A stretch of DNA of 64,000 nucleotides. Source: the human T2T-CHM13v2.0 reference genome, Homo sapiens. Both the position numbers and the translations under genes were made by a program. Below, one piece after another: positions 13,930-43,620 of this stretch. The notes beneath the pieces were generated by a model. That model saw nothing but the letters and a program-made list of their open reading frames with translations. It did not search any database and was not told where the DNA came from. The stretch is taken from the NCBI RefSeq assembly GCF_009914755.1, contig NC_060935.1. One strand, given 5' to 3'. How positions within the stretch are numbered: the stretch's first letter is position 1; each line of letters starts with the position of its first letter.

Positions 13930-14027
13930 CCCAACAAAACAAAAACCGTTTCTCTGCCCTCCCTACCTCAAAGTCCCATTCTTTAGAGGCAACCACTCAG
14001 TTGTTTTCCTCTTTTCCTCTGTCTTTA

Positions 14028-14771
14028 CAGTAAGTGGTCAACACCATCAGTATTCTTGAAACATGATATAACAAAACCAGTTTTACCATATGGTTTCTAT
14101 GGCGTTTTTCTGGTCACAAAAACATACCCAATTTCTAAATAAAGACCCAAACATTTCTAATATGAAACACTGAAACAAGTAAGATTTTCACCCACTTTTT
14201 GGTGAGTCAGTGAGTTACTGCAGTCATAGTGGTGGTGGGTTAAATCAAGGAATAAATGTGTGCAAAGTGAAAATTGTCAGAAGCATTTCCTACCACCATA
14301 CTCATTTCCAAAGCAATCAATCACCAATAGGGCAGGCTCACTGAGAGCTATTGTACCACATCATTTATTGTTGTGCATTTGGATGATTACCATAGACTTT
14401 GCAGATTTTTATTTGCCGGTAATTTGTATTCATTCATTTATTTTCCAGCTTAGGCTCACAGGTGGCTGGAGCCTATGCTGGCAGCTCAGGGCACAAGGCA
14501 GGCGCCAGCCCTGGACAGGACGCTGTCTATGCCATAGGGTGTGCATGCACACACACACAAACACAGGGACCATCTAGACACACCAGCTAACCTAGCAGGC
14601 ACATCTTTGAGACGTGGGAGGAAAGCAGAATACCTGGAGAAAACCCACACAGACATGGGGAGCATGCCAACTCCACACAAACGGGTGGCCTCAGCCAGGA
14701 ATCACTTATTCTCTCATCAATGTTATGAAAAAACGATGTTGAACAAAAAGACTTTTTTTGAGAGTCTGCTG
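14028..14771 (-). mobile_element. MER6-like TcMar-Tigger DNA transposon remnant
   Basis: Ends cagtaagt... and ...ctgctg, each flanked by TA; diagnostic ggagaaaacccacacagacatgggg...ctccacaca core. Confidence 0.8.
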
Positions 14772-16763
14772 TATCTTCTTGTTGCTAAATAGTTGGTTTG
14801 TTATTCTTTCTTGGTTTTCCCCTCATGTTTGGCCTGTTGATTTCTTGTTGTGATAGATTTGTATTTAGCTCTTGCATCCCACCACTTTCCTATTTTTCCA
14901 TGCCCTCTATCCCCTAATATAGTTCTATTGTAATTTTTTGCTAAAACAGGTAGCTTTTATGTACTTACACCTCTGTCAAATACTGTTCACTGTTGAGCTG
15001 GATGATCTATTACAGTGTGTTCCTCCTGGTGTGTAGGTTGGCCTTCACCTGTGTTTTTCATGTACCTACTGTTAATTTTTTTCCCACATGCTCCAATGTA
15101 TTTGTCACATTCTTATCAGTAACATTTTCTGTGAGCTCAAATGTATCACCTGTTTATTGGAGCCCTGCCCCCTCCTCCTGCCTTTACTGTTGCTCTCAAG
15201 AACTGCTGCCTGGGGTCCTCCTGGACCTGCCCTTTCCTGTGCAGGAACCGTATCTTCCTCTTTCTGGGCTTATGTCTTTATTTTTTAAAAGCATATACTT
15301 CAGTTATTTCTAAGAAGTATTTGAATGACCTGGTTTTGCCCACACACTTGTTTGATAGTTTGGCAGTTATATAATTCTAGATTGGAAATAAGGTTCTCTC
15401 AGAATGTTGAAGGCATCTGTAATTGCTCTAGAGATGTGGTGATTTAAATCCTTCTTACGTGACCGTATTTTGTTTGTTTTCTCCCCTTCTGGAAGCTTTG
15501 AGGATATTCTCTATCTCTGGTGTTCTGCAGTTTTATGATGTGTATTAACACCAGGGTATGGGTCTTTTACTCAGCTGTTGTGCTGGCTTCTCACAGACGG
15601 TTTTGATTCTGGAAATTCACGTCCTCTAGTTCCGGGATGTTTTCTTGTACTATTTCTGTGATTTTTTGCTCAATCTTTAATTTTTCTTTGATACCTTTTT
15701 GTAATATCCATTCTTGTTATGTGGATATGGTGGGCTCAGAGGGCCCGCTGGAGTATTTGAGTTTTCTTCCTCTCTGCACAGGCTCCACTTCCTTCAGGTG
15801 ATGTGGGCCTTTGCACCTGTGCCTCTGTCTGGATGTGTCTTCCCTCAGATATCCAGCGACTTGCTCCCACACCTCACTTTGGATGAATCCACAAGTCTTT
15901 CCTTAAATGTCACCTCAGTGAAGAGAGCACTGGATTGAGAAGTGCAGACCCCCATCTCACTTCCCTGCTTTGTTTCTCTCCAGAAGCATTTCCCACCATC
16001 TAGCATCCCACATATTTATTTACTTGTTTCCCTCACCACTAAAATAAACATTCTATGAGGGCAGGGATTTTGGGTTTTTTTTTGTTTACCTCTATAATTC
16101 CAGCCTCTGAAACAGTGCCTGGCGATGAATAGATGCTTAATAACTTAAGGAATAAATGAATTATTTTATTGTGGGATTTCTTTGAATGTCTCATGATTCT
16201 GACTGTTCATTTCTGTTTTGTTTTTTGTTATTTTAAGTTCCCAGCGTGGGTCTTGTTGGGTGGTGGCCATTACTATAGGGTGGCTGGTATATATGGATTT
16301 TGTGTGTATGTTTGTACAAATGTATATGTTTGCTAATATTTCTTTAGCTGACAGTGCATTGGTTGCTGGGACAAGGATGGAGGCTTGGAGAACCTTTTAG
16401 TATGCATCTTTTGACATAATCTGTATTTTCAGTTCTTCATTGCTCCTGCTGATGTATTTTACTCCAGACCCATTTCAGATTTCGGTTCATTTTTCTTTAA
16501 ACCTCTGGATTTGGGGGTGGAGAAAATAGATGAAAATAGGAGGTGAGGAAGAGAATTTGCGCATTAGTTAAATAGACTTTATGCCAATCCGTATTTTCAG
16601 ATCTGCATTTAAAGCTTGCTTTCCATCTCCAAAAATTCATTGAAAAATTGAATGCTTATCTCCTGCACCTCACATTCTTGGTTTTATACCTTGAAAAAAG
16701 AAAAACTCCTCTGTTGCCATTTTAATAGCGTACTTTGAAAAAGATTAAGAAGTAAACACGTAA

Positions 16764-18792
<2,029 letters not shown>

Positions 18793-20858
18793 TCATGCTA
18801 GTTTAAGGTTACAGATTTACTTTCTTCCCTGGGTTCCCTTTGGTTCATATTCTCTTGTTTAGAAATGATCCAAATACATTATTCTGAAGTATATGACAGT
18901 TTTTCCAAAATCAGTAAATACATATGTTGGTGCTTAAAACAGAAAGAAAGAAATAATGGCCTATAAATATTATCACATAGCTTATTTCTACTATTCAGAG
19001 ATCTGTATAACTTAGGATAAGGAGCAGGTTGTTGAACGGTTTTTTGGTTTTTAAGTTTGAAGTACAGTCTGAAAGTACCTTTCAATATTGAAGGGCTGCC
19101 TGACTGAAACTTACATGGCTATCTCCTGGGCCTGAAGCACCACCGAGATCTGAACTGAAGGTAGCGTTTTGGGAGTCCTTAGCGTTTAGTTGGTATTTTA
19201 AGATCTAGGGGTGAATGGGGTGGGAAGGGAAGGGAGTATGTAAAGGGAATAGACTGGAGAGCCCTGCGGATCCTCAGCATTTAGGAAACAGGGAAGACCT
19301 CCCACTAGAGGGGAGGGAGGAAAACCAGGAAAAGGCAAGATGGACTTCAGTGTTGGGTGTTTCAGGAGGCAGAGGAGGATAAACACCAACAATTTCATTG
19401 AATTTTGCCATAAGGGTATTTATCTCCCATAAAGCTTTCCTTGATTTTCCTCAAGCAGAAGTGCTCATCTCCTTGGTACCTCATCCAGGCATGTGAAACT
19501 TGGCACAAACATGTTGTAAAGGTTTGTTTATAGTTCTGTTTCTCCAAAGGTGTAGACTTGTTAAGAGTGTGGCCCACGGCTTGTTCGTTTTTGTGAGATG
19601 GTATTGTTTTGTGTCTTAACAACATGAACACTGACTCCATGTCTAATGTGTAATAGTCGTGTGACCTTTAACAAGCTGCTTAACATCTGTGTGCTTCTGT
19701 TTCATTGTCTATACCATTTATGATATGAGATGATAATAGCATCTACCTCACAGAAGAGCAGATATTTGTGAAGTGTGGAAAACAGTGCCTGGCTTACTGT
19801 CAATGCTATGTAGTGTTTGGTGGAGGAGAACTGGATGCAGCAATACTAATATTCTTAGCACAGTGCTGGATGTTTAACAGATATTTGAACGTGAAGATGT
19901 AGTAACCTGTGATGAATTCAGTTCCTAGCATTTTAAAATTCTACAAGCATATACAGAATATAATCATGGCCAGGCCATAGGAGAACTACAAATGGAAGTG
20001 GACTGAGAGGAAAGTGCATGTAGCTTTGTTTTATGAAACAAATCTATAGACTTTCAACAAAAGTACTATGTGATTCTAATTTCTTGTTGTTAGGAAGGAA
20101 AAACAACCTCCAAAGCAGGTGAGAATCTTTATGTTTAGGGATGAACAGCTTTAAACAGGTGAGTGGTGGATATCAGCACGGAAGGTATTTGTTTGGATGA
20201 GAGAAAATACTACAACCTTCCCAAATTCATCCTAATTTTTGCAGCTCAGAAAATTAGAAATATCAATTGATCCCTTAGACTTTAATTAATGGTAGATACA
20301 CACTCATTCCATCAGCGAATGTTTGAACTTCTTCTGCACCGTATACACACTTTATAACAGGAACTATGCTATGGGATGGGGATAGGATGATAAATAAATT
20401 AGACACTGTACTCGCCCTAGAAGGGCTTTTATTCTTGTGGGAGAGGCCAATAATTGCAAGTACTGTGAGATACAAACTAGGAGATGAAGTATAAATGAAG
20501 AACTTGGGGTAAAGGGAGTGGAAAACCAGGCTACAGATGGTAACATTTAAATTGAGATGCCAAGGAGGAGGGTGTGGGGAGGCCCTTGCAGAATATCACT
20601 CTGAGGAAAGGCTGCAGCTGGGAACTTGAGGTGGGGCGGGGGAGGGGGGGGTGTTCAAGCAACTGAAAGAGGCCTGTGCGCCTCAAGAGCCCAGCGAGTG
20701 AGGGAGGGGGCTGGATGGATGTTGTGTGGATGCCGGACACTGGATCATGCCAGGTCTTGTAGCCACGATGAGGAGTATGTTATTAAACACAGTGAGAAGC
20801 CATGGAATGATTCAAACATGACTTAACCCAATTTGTGTTTTGAAATCTCTTTTGCTGG

Positions 20859-23526
20859 GGCCGGGTGTGGTGGCTCACACCTGTAATCCCAGCACTTTGG
20901 GAGCTGAGGCGGGCAGATCACGAGTCAGGAGATCAAAACCATCCTGGCTAACACGGTGAAACCCCATCTCTACTAAAAATACAAAAAATTAGCCGGGTGT
21001 GGTGGCGGGCGCCTGTAGTCCCAGCTACTCGGGAGGCTGAGGCAGGAGAATGGCGTCAGCCCGGGAGGCAGAGCTTGCAGTGAGCCGAGATCGCCACTGC
21101 ACTCCAGCCTGGGCGAAAGAGCGAAAAAAAAAAAAAAAAATCTTTTGCTGCTACATAAGCTTTTCTTTTTTCTCTAATTGTATTTTAGATAGATTTAATA
21201 TGTAAAATAAGAGAAACTGATTTCTTAGCTCAAAATACTGATGCCCTTGAATCATTTGCCAGAAATAGTTCTTCCCCTAAGAATCAACCCTTAAAAACCA
21301 GTTTACAGAGTAGACATCAGAGACTTGAGTTATAAAGTGATTTATATATAAAATGTTTTGGTGCCAGACAATGGTCTTGGAACCTTAAGTTGAAGTTTTC
21401 TTCTGCCTGCTAGAATCAGACTACATTCACTGTTAGGACGATTGGCATATCCAAAAAATGATAGTCTGAATATTGATTTATTTGTGTACACAGTTTTCCC
21501 ATTTGTTCCATTTAAAAACTAACATGGTTTTTTATGGTCCTTATTAAAAGCAGTTACAGGGTGTTCTTTCGTTTGAGTTAGTTTGTGAAATAAATATCTG
21601 AATGCCTACTGTGTGGCAGGCACTGTTCTGCACTTTTAGACTATATCCATAAACTAAACAGGCAAAGGACCCCTGTCTTTGGGGGACTTACATTCTAGTG
21701 GAGGAGGCAGATAACAATAAATATAATTAGGGCCAGGTCCAGTGACTCTCGCCTTTAATCCCAGCACTTTGGGAGAGTGAGGCAGGCGGATTGCTTGAGT
21801 CCAGGTGTTTGAGACCAGCCTGAGCAACGTGACAAAACCCTGTCTCTACAAAATACAAAGAAATTAGCCGGGTATGGTGGCATGCACCTGTAGCACCTGT
21901 AGCACTAGGAGGCTAAGATGGGAAGATTGCTTGAGCCCCGTGGAGGTCAAGGCTACAGTGAGCCATGATCATGCCACCATGTTCCAGCCTGGGTGACAGA
22001 GCGAGACCCTGTCTCAAAAAAAAAAAAAAAAAAAAAAAATTAGTAGAGTCATAGTACTAATAATTGGTATGTTAGAGGGTGCTGTGTGCTGTGAAATAAA
22101 AAGTAGAACAGCTAACATGGTGGAGGGTATAATTTTAAATAGAATGGGTAGAGTAGCATCATTGAGAAGGTACAATCTGAATAAAGGCATGGAAACCTGT
22201 ACAGATACATAGAGAAAGAACATTCCAGGCAGAAGGAATGATCTATGCAAAGGAAAACCCCAAGGTCGGGGTGTACCAGGCCTGTTTGAGGAACAGTGAA
22301 GAGGCCAGCGTAGCTGGAGGGAGGGTATGTGAGAATATCTTGGCTTCCTAGGAATGCGTTTCTCCTCAGTCAATTTCAAAAAGTTCATAAGCCAAAACAG
22401 ATGAATAATTAGGCAGAGATCTCCCATCCCATGAATGCTCTGCAGATGGTAACCTATAAACACCCAGACTCATGTCTTAACTCAAATTAGGTAATTCCAA
22501 AATAATGCAAATGTTCCTTAAATTCAGTTCATAGGGCAGCTGAGCAAACAAGATCTCTTTTATGTGAATAAGAAACTGAAGACTTTTGCCATTCCAATTT
22601 CTAGATCTCCAGATTAGAAGCCAAAAGGCTCTACTTTGCAGCAGAGGATGGCAAAGATGCCAAGTGCACTTGGCATCTTAAGAGAGGCAGCGATTGTGGG
22701 CTTAGGGAGAACTGCCTTTTAAGAGCAGCTTTTCTCAGGTCCCTTGTTTCTTTCGAGCTCAGTACCACCAAATCCTTTTCAATTTTTTATTTGGCAATCC
22801 ACATTTTCTGTTCTTTGACGCAGTGAAATTTTCCATTTGTTCCCTAAGTTTCCAATCTTAAATTTGGCACACTACTTTCAAAAGGTCATAATCAATACCC
22901 ACTATAGTAGAATATTGCCCAAGTTGTGTGTACATCACGTGTATTCTGTGGGTGTAGAGCATCAGCATTGTCTTGGTTTCACATGCACAATAATTTTTAT
23001 AAAGAGCCACACCCAGTTTCTCCAGTGAGATCGCTAGAGCTGTTCCAGTCATACTTGCCCACAGCTAATCCTTTCCCATGTTGTTTCTGAATTTTATTTT
23101 TTGTAAGTAGAGTGTCCTTTTGTAGTTTCTTAAGCTTCAGATTGATTCCCAGTTTGTCATGGTTGGTCAGTTTGAATCCTCTTCTCTGAGTTGCTGTTCA
23201 TTGTTTCCAGCTTAGTTTTCCATGAGGTTGGAGTGAAGTAAGATTACTAAAGACCTGTAATCCCAGCACTTTGGGAGGCCAAGGCAGGCAGATCATTTGA
23301 GGTCAGGAGTTCGAGACCAGCCTGGCCAACATGGTGGAACCCTGTCTTTACTAAAAATACAAAAATTAGCTGGGCGTGGTGGTGGGCGCTTATAATCCTA
23401 GCTATTTGGGAGGCTGAAGCAGGAGAACTGCTTGAACCCAAGGAGATGGAGGTTGCAGTGAGCTGAGATTGCACCACTGCCCTCCAGCCTGGGTGACAGA
23501 GTGAGACTCTGTCTCAAGAAAAAGAA
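20859..23526 (+). mobile_element. Alus at about 20859-21140 (Y-like), 21731-22038 and 23252-23526
   Basis: Alu consensus; non-Alu sequence lies between them. Confidence 0.9.
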
Positions 23527-23595
23527 GAAGATTACTAAATAAAATGTTGAGAAGCATGGAAGGCAAAAAATAGTCTACATTCTTCTCACAGCCAA

Positions 23596-24016
23596 AAAGG
23601 AACGTGGCGCAAGTTCCTATCACTGTGAGTTAGAAAGGCCAGAAAGGAACGTGGCGCAAGTTCCTATCACTGTGAGTTAGGCAGGCCAGAAAGGAACGTG
23701 GCGCAAGTTCCTATCACTGTGAGTTAGGCAGGCCAGAAAGGAACGTGGCGCAAGTTCCTATCACTGTGAGTTAGGCAGGCCAGAAAGGAACGTGGCGCAA
23801 GTTCCTATCACTGTGAGTTAGGCAGGCCAGAAAGGAACGTGGCGCAAGTTCCTATCACTGTGAGTTAGGCAGGCCAGAAAGGAACGTGGCGCAAGTTCCT
23901 ATCACTGTGAGTTAGGCAGGCCAGAAAGGAACGTGGCGCAAGTTCCTATCACTGTGAGTTAGGCAGGCCAGAAAGGAACGTGGCGCAAGTTCCTATCACT
24001 GTGAGTTAGAAAGGCC
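23596..24016. repeat. 47-bp VNTR, 9 copies
   Basis: GGAACGTGGCGC recurs at 23599, 23646, 23693, 23740, 23787, 23834, 23881, 23928 and 23975. Confidence 0.97.
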
Positions 24017-24185
24017 CTTCAGCAATTTAACAGGCCTTTTCTCTCCTTCCCCCCGGCAGGGCTGCATATAGATCACCCCCAAATCTACTAGTCTACTCTC
24101 TTTCTCTTTAAAAGGAAATGCAACTACCTCTTTTGGCCTCCAGTTCTGTTGCCATTTTAAATAGGAAGGTCAAGAACCCAGCATT

Positions 24186-27228
<3,043 letters not shown>

Positions 27229-29571
27229 CATCTGAGCTCTTGAGCCTGGAATACCAGTATGATTTATTTTGGGGGCTTAAGTTAAAGGGCATTCTAGAAT
27301 TTGGGGTTTTTCTTCTCAATCCTTAATGTCTTTCAGAAACCTTACCTCTAGTGAGGTCTTTCTCCTTACCTTGTTCAGATGGGGTCATTGTTTGCTAGTA
27401 AAATGGCAAGAACAAGTGGCATCAGTCTGGCATTTCCTCAGTGACTCTGTTAAAGCACATGTTCAGGAAATGAGTGTGATACAGATCTTATCTGACAGAA
27501 GGTAGAGGGTCTCAGGCATGCTAAGGGATAAAATTAGGAGCCAATCGAGTTCACCATAGATGAAATATTTCAAGACTGGGATCCACAGAGGAATCAGATC
27601 TTGGCACAGCTAGACATGATTCCTGTCTCCCTGTGTGCTGAGATAGAGGAAACCGTGAGTTTGCTTTATCCACTGATGGGAAAGGCTGCAGTCTACATAT
27701 GGAACTGAATTCATCAACTACCCAAGCAAAGTCTTTAGGATTTTATTTAATTTGTTCACTACTGACAAGCTTGTTGGGAACTCTTTAGTAGTACTTCACT
27801 TTGGGTATCTTTCCCTTCCTCCCAAATCCGATAGTTGCTAAAAACCCAGATGTGTTGGAATTAGTCCAAGAGCCACAGTTAGAAAGGTTTGGTTTCTTCT
27901 CAAGTCAGAGGATGACTCTTTTCCCTTAAGAAATGAAGTTAACCCTTTTCTATATTTATGCTAGAGAAATAAACCATTCTTTATTCCAGTCACTTTTATT
28001 TTTTAAAAGGGGGTGGAGGAAGCTTGCTGATCCTTTTACAGCAAGAAACGTACCACTTTCTCAAGCTGGTAATTGTAGATCTTTTATTTCCAGGCAAAAA
28101 TACTTTTTAAAACATTAGAATTTTTCTCTCCATTTGATTTATTTCGTCTGCTAATATACCCAGGTGTATCACTCTGAGCTCCTTCTGGCATGTCACTTGT
28201 TTGAGCTGAGGAGTATGCACTGGACTTACAGGAGAAACATAGCTCAGAATGAAGAAGGCGGGCTGGGAGACCTCACTCTGATTCTCAAGTGAAGGGAAGC
28301 CCAGAGCTTGCTATCTTTTTAGCACCAAGATGCTATCAAAACAAGAGCTGCTGGGATTCTTTGATGTTTTCAAGTCCACAAGTCCTCTGCTGTGTGCAAA
28401 CTTAATTTCATTTGGATAACCAGTTCCTTTTCTCTTGTCCCTTTACCATATTTCTTCTGGATTTTTTCTAGAACACTCGCCCTTTTTCCTTTTTCATCCA
28501 CCAGAGATAGAAGCATTACATTTCCTGCCAAGCTGACAGGTTTCAAAGTACAAGTGTTCTGTCTCATATGAAGACTTCAGCCTTAACATTTCTGTTAATG
28601 AGGTTGCTGTTACTTTGCTCATCTTTTACCAAGTATCTGACTTTTATTTTGCTGTACTCTATTGGCCTTGAAGGATTTCTCAGTGGCTTAGCAGTAATTG
28701 AGGTAATGAAGACACTGCCACAGGTAATTGACTTTGTTTTCTTGTGGCAGAAAAACATTTTCCATTTTTGCTATACATAGCAAGTCCCACAAAAATGAAA
28801 ACTCAAACGTGATCACATAAAAAAAATTAAAGTGTGAACTAGCTTTGAAGCTCTTTAGCAATAACTGCATTTTGTTTAGGGTACATGCTAAAATTGATTT
28901 TTTTTTCCTGAAAACAGTACTCTAGAAGGAATAAAATATGGTTTGTGCTTATATGCCACTGGGGTATACATGTGAGATTGTATCATGTGAGGCATCCTTT
29001 AGGGTAAAGAAAATATGTTTCTCTGTTAGAAAACAGGATGAGTATATGATTGGATATAATGTAGGCATGCTGAGCTACGTCTCATTCAGTACCTAAATAA
29101 GAAGACCCTAAACATTCTCAGTCAGAAGCGATTGGCTATATTTAATTTTTTAAAGTAATAGTAGTTGGAATGGACCTTCAGAAAAGTTGACTGTGTAAAG
29201 AAATAAGTCAGAAAGCTTAGTATTCAGGTCTAGACATCATGAATTAACCATCTGGCAGAAATAGAATCCAGCAAAAACGATCTTACGTAATTTCCAGGAC
29301 AAAATGGTAGGACAGATCTAGGCTCTGGTGGATAAGTGGTAGTGAGAAGTATATAACAAATAGTGCTTGTCACTGGAGAAAGTAGTTTTCCCAGCTTCTG
29401 AATGTAGTTGACTGCCAAGATTGCATCAATGGAGTACCTAGTTAACAAGCAGCTGTTAAGGATTACTTGGCATTACTTCAAGTAAATCTCCTTTCTAGAA
29501 TGCAGGCACTTCCTTTGTTGATAGTTTTGGACTTTAAGTTTTTTTTTGTTTGTTTTGGCTGAAAAGTTAAT

Positions 29572-29742
29572 ACAGGTTTATTATTCCTCATCTAAAATGC
29601 TTGTGAGCAGAAAGAAGTGTTTTGGATTTCTAGGGGATTTTTTTGTTTTGTTTTGTTTTTAATATTTGCATTATACTTAACGGTTGAGCATCCCTAGTCC
29701 AAAAAATCTGAAATCTGAAATGTTCCATTGAGCATTTCCTGT
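29572..29742. mobile_element. Tigger4/MER46-like fragment
   Basis: tacagg...tctaaaatgcttg...ttgagcatccct...aaatctgaaatgttcc. Confidence 0.6.
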
Positions 29743-30679
29743 TTAGCAATAGTGTAGTTAAGAACTTGGACTTGAGAGGCACAGTTGCCATGGTTTGAAT
29801 ACTGGTACTACCAAGTACCCGATCTTTCTGTGCCTCAGTTTTCTCATCTGTAAAATAAGGTAAGAACAATGCCTCGTAAGGTTATGCGGATTAATGAGTT
29901 AATGTTTATAAATAGTCCATGGCATGTAGTTAAGAGCTTGTAAACTGGCTTAGTAGCTGAATTGAGCATTGAATTCTGAAGATGTCCATCTTCAAAACTT
30001 AATAAGCATGAACTTCCCTCTACATTTTACTTTCATCTCTCTCAATATAGTGTTTTTACTTGCATGTCATCTGTTTAGATGATGGGTTTATAGAACCATA
30101 TTTAAGAAAAGAACTTAAGCACCTAAGTTTTTTCCTTAAAAACAACTTAAAAAATATATTTTTTTAAGTTTTTTAAAGTTTTTTTAAAACTTAAAAAATA
30201 TTTTTTTTTTAAAAAATATATTTTTTCCTTAAAAAAACTTAAAAAAATATATATCCCCAAACTAATGGATTGTCCTGTGTGTGGAAGAAGTAAACACATT
30301 CTACCCCTAGTTCACCATTCTAGAGCGTTGACTTTTAGAATCGGAAGTGAGTCACATAAGTTAAAACTTCATAAAAATATTTTAAGGACACTTAAAACCT
30401 GGCTATTGTTATAAGCAAACTGGGAAGTCGTTAGACTGTAATAAGTTATTACACTTAAGGGAAGATGGCTTAATGGTATACTTCATGTGCATCCTATATT
30501 TAACAAAATTGTTGCATTGTAGAAAAATTAAGTTTGCATCTTATTTAGGTGTTTCCTATTTGAAGGAAGATTCTGGAGAATCTGATTCTGTAATTTTGGA
30601 GTAGAGCCTAGAAACAAACTTTTTTAATTTAATGAATTAACTTTATTTTCAAGAATATATATACTTTTAACAAACATCC

Positions 30680-33305
<2,626 letters not shown>

Positions 33306-34350
33306 TGGTTCAATCCACTTTTAATATTTACATTATTACGACTGTATAAGTAGTATTCATAGCTGAGCCTAATGCGTAACGATTATGTTTCCTTTCTTGC
33401 CCATTTTTTTTGCTTATGTCATTAAAGACTGTCTTTTTTGTTTGTTTGTTTGCTTTCAATGTATTCTCACATGCTCTGACAGAAGAATAAATCTCCTAGC
33501 TATACTGAAACACACCGATAACTTGCTGGTTTGTGTCATGGATTCTTCCTTCTGGATGCTAGTCCACTCTGGACACTTGTTCTCCAGTCCTGTTGCGTTC
33601 CTGATATTTGCTATTTCCCATTCCCATCATCCTGATAATTTCCTTTACGTCTCTCCTGTATCGATTCTCTGTTTGCTGGATCTCATGTCCTCTTTTTTGG
33701 TGCACGCCTTTGTTTTCCTGAAGCATGTCCTTGCATAGCCTCCTAAGTAAGGACCCATAGGAGAAAATTATTTGGACATATTTGAAAAGGTCTTTATCAT
33801 ACACTTACATTCATTTGATGGTTTGACTGAGTATAGAATTTTTAGTATCTCTCATTCATACTCTGCTAACATCTAAGTATTCCTGCCAAAATAGCCACTC
33901 TGTTCTGATTCCCAATCCTTTGTATTGTATGACCTCTTTCCCTGTTTTTTGTTTTGTTTTGTTTCATTTTTGTTGTTGTTGTTGTTCATTAGAAGCTTAT
34001 AAGGATCATTATTTTATTCTCAGTAACCTGAAATTTCACAGTGATGTATCTTGTCATATGAATCTAGACACCAGGCAGCTCTTTAAAGCTGGCAACTAGT
34101 ACCTTCACTTTGGAGAAGTTGACTTATATTACTTTTTTGATACTTTCCATTACAATGTTTTTTCTATTCCACATTTTTTTAAAACTCTTGTTATTCAGAT
34201 GTTGGACTTCTTGTATTAAGTCTCTAATTTTTTATGTGTTGCTTTATTTTTTTCCCCCCCATTTCGTTTTCTTAAATTTAGCTTTCTCGGGGGTTCTCTG
34301 TTTTATCTTGTGGATTTAAAAATTTCTGTTGCGTTATTTTTGATTTATGA

Positions 34351-37419
<3,069 letters not shown>

Positions 37420-38205
37420 TTATGCCAAAATGCTGATCCTCTCCATTTTATTATTTAGACAAAAAGGTTGGGGAGAAGCCATTTTCAGGGGAGGGGAACA
37501 TGCCATCAGCAAAAATTAATGTGAAGGAACATATTTCAAGCAGGGATAGTCTCCAGAATGAAAGAGAGGGGAACAAAAACAAAAATTAGCACCCATGCTG
37601 TCTCACATATGGGCCTCAGAACAGAGAAGTCTGTCTCTGCTTATCATGGTAAGAAAGGAATGTTTTTCACTTTTTGTCATGTCCTTTGATTAGTTAATGT
37701 CTTTATTTAGGTATGTAGGGCCCCTGTGTTTTCAGAATTCTATTGGCCACTTTTTTTTTCTTTTTTTTTTTTGCCTGAGGTTAATGTTTACAAAATTCAG
37801 AATTAAATTTTGTATTGCCTTTCCCCTAGTGTTTTACATTTCTCAATAATAGGAACTTAATTTGTCCTGGGGTTCTTTTCTCTTTTTCTAGAGTACAAAT
37901 CAAACGTCTTCTTTTGAAATTTAATACTGGTTTAAAATATAATTTAGTTGGCAGAAGTCAGCTGAGCTATAGTCTATTTGGATCTTTTCCTAATATTAGT
38001 GGAATTTCTTAGGTTGAGAGGACTAGGAAGGGAAAACTGATTTTAAGATTGGTTTTGGGATTCCTGAAATAGGTTTATGACTTGTTTTTCAGCAAGCACT
38101 GACACAATATTCTGGTTGTTTTCTTTAAACTGCTTTGGAAAGGTGTCAAAAACTGCTGTTCATCTTCTTTGCAACTATAAAAGTTAGCTAAAAACTGTAA
38201 CCTGA

Positions 38206-38568
<363 letters not shown>

Positions 38569-39055
38569 TAAAATTTAACTATCACAACTAGCATGATTTG
38601 GCTGTCAAAACTAGCATGCCAAATGTAACAGGGATATTCATTTACAGCTTGTAGGTTTCCATAACATTTGACTCTTCTGCGCAATGTCTGTTTATGGACC
38701 CTACTCAGGACAGTTGTCTTAACCCCATTTCACTGTGTGTCTATGAGAGAGAAATGATGTTGAGGACTTTATATGTACAAATTACCACTGTGTTTTGAAT
38801 TTATTTTTTTCCTGCATCACTACTATAAAAGCTGTGTTCTGTGGCATCCATGCCTTGTATGGAATCCCACAAAGATTGGAGATAATTTTATCATTTTATA
38901 CATGAAACAAAACCAGTTTTTAGTGTTCTTTTTAGAGGTAATAAGTCAAAATATTTAGAAGGAATTGCACCTTATTTTACCAAACTGAGTTGGATAAAAG
39001 GACTCCCTGTCTTGCTTTGTCTGAAAATTTATTTATTTATTTATTTTTTTTTTGA

Positions 39056-39271
<216 letters not shown>

Positions 39272-39309
39272 TGATCTGCCCACCTCAGCCTCACAAAGTG
39301 CTGGGATTA

Positions 39310-39542
<233 letters not shown>

Positions 39543-39544
39543 TT

Positions 39545-43620
<4,076 letters not shown>

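Noticed and set aside
20633-20651. G-run / G-quadruplex candidate
   Set aside because: An isolated short G-tract in old repeat-like sequence with no supporting context.
23596-24016. CRISPR-like array (regular repeats with an internal hairpin)
   Set aside because: Units are contiguous and identical with no unique spacers, there are no cas genes, and the DNA is human intronic sequence. It is a VNTR.
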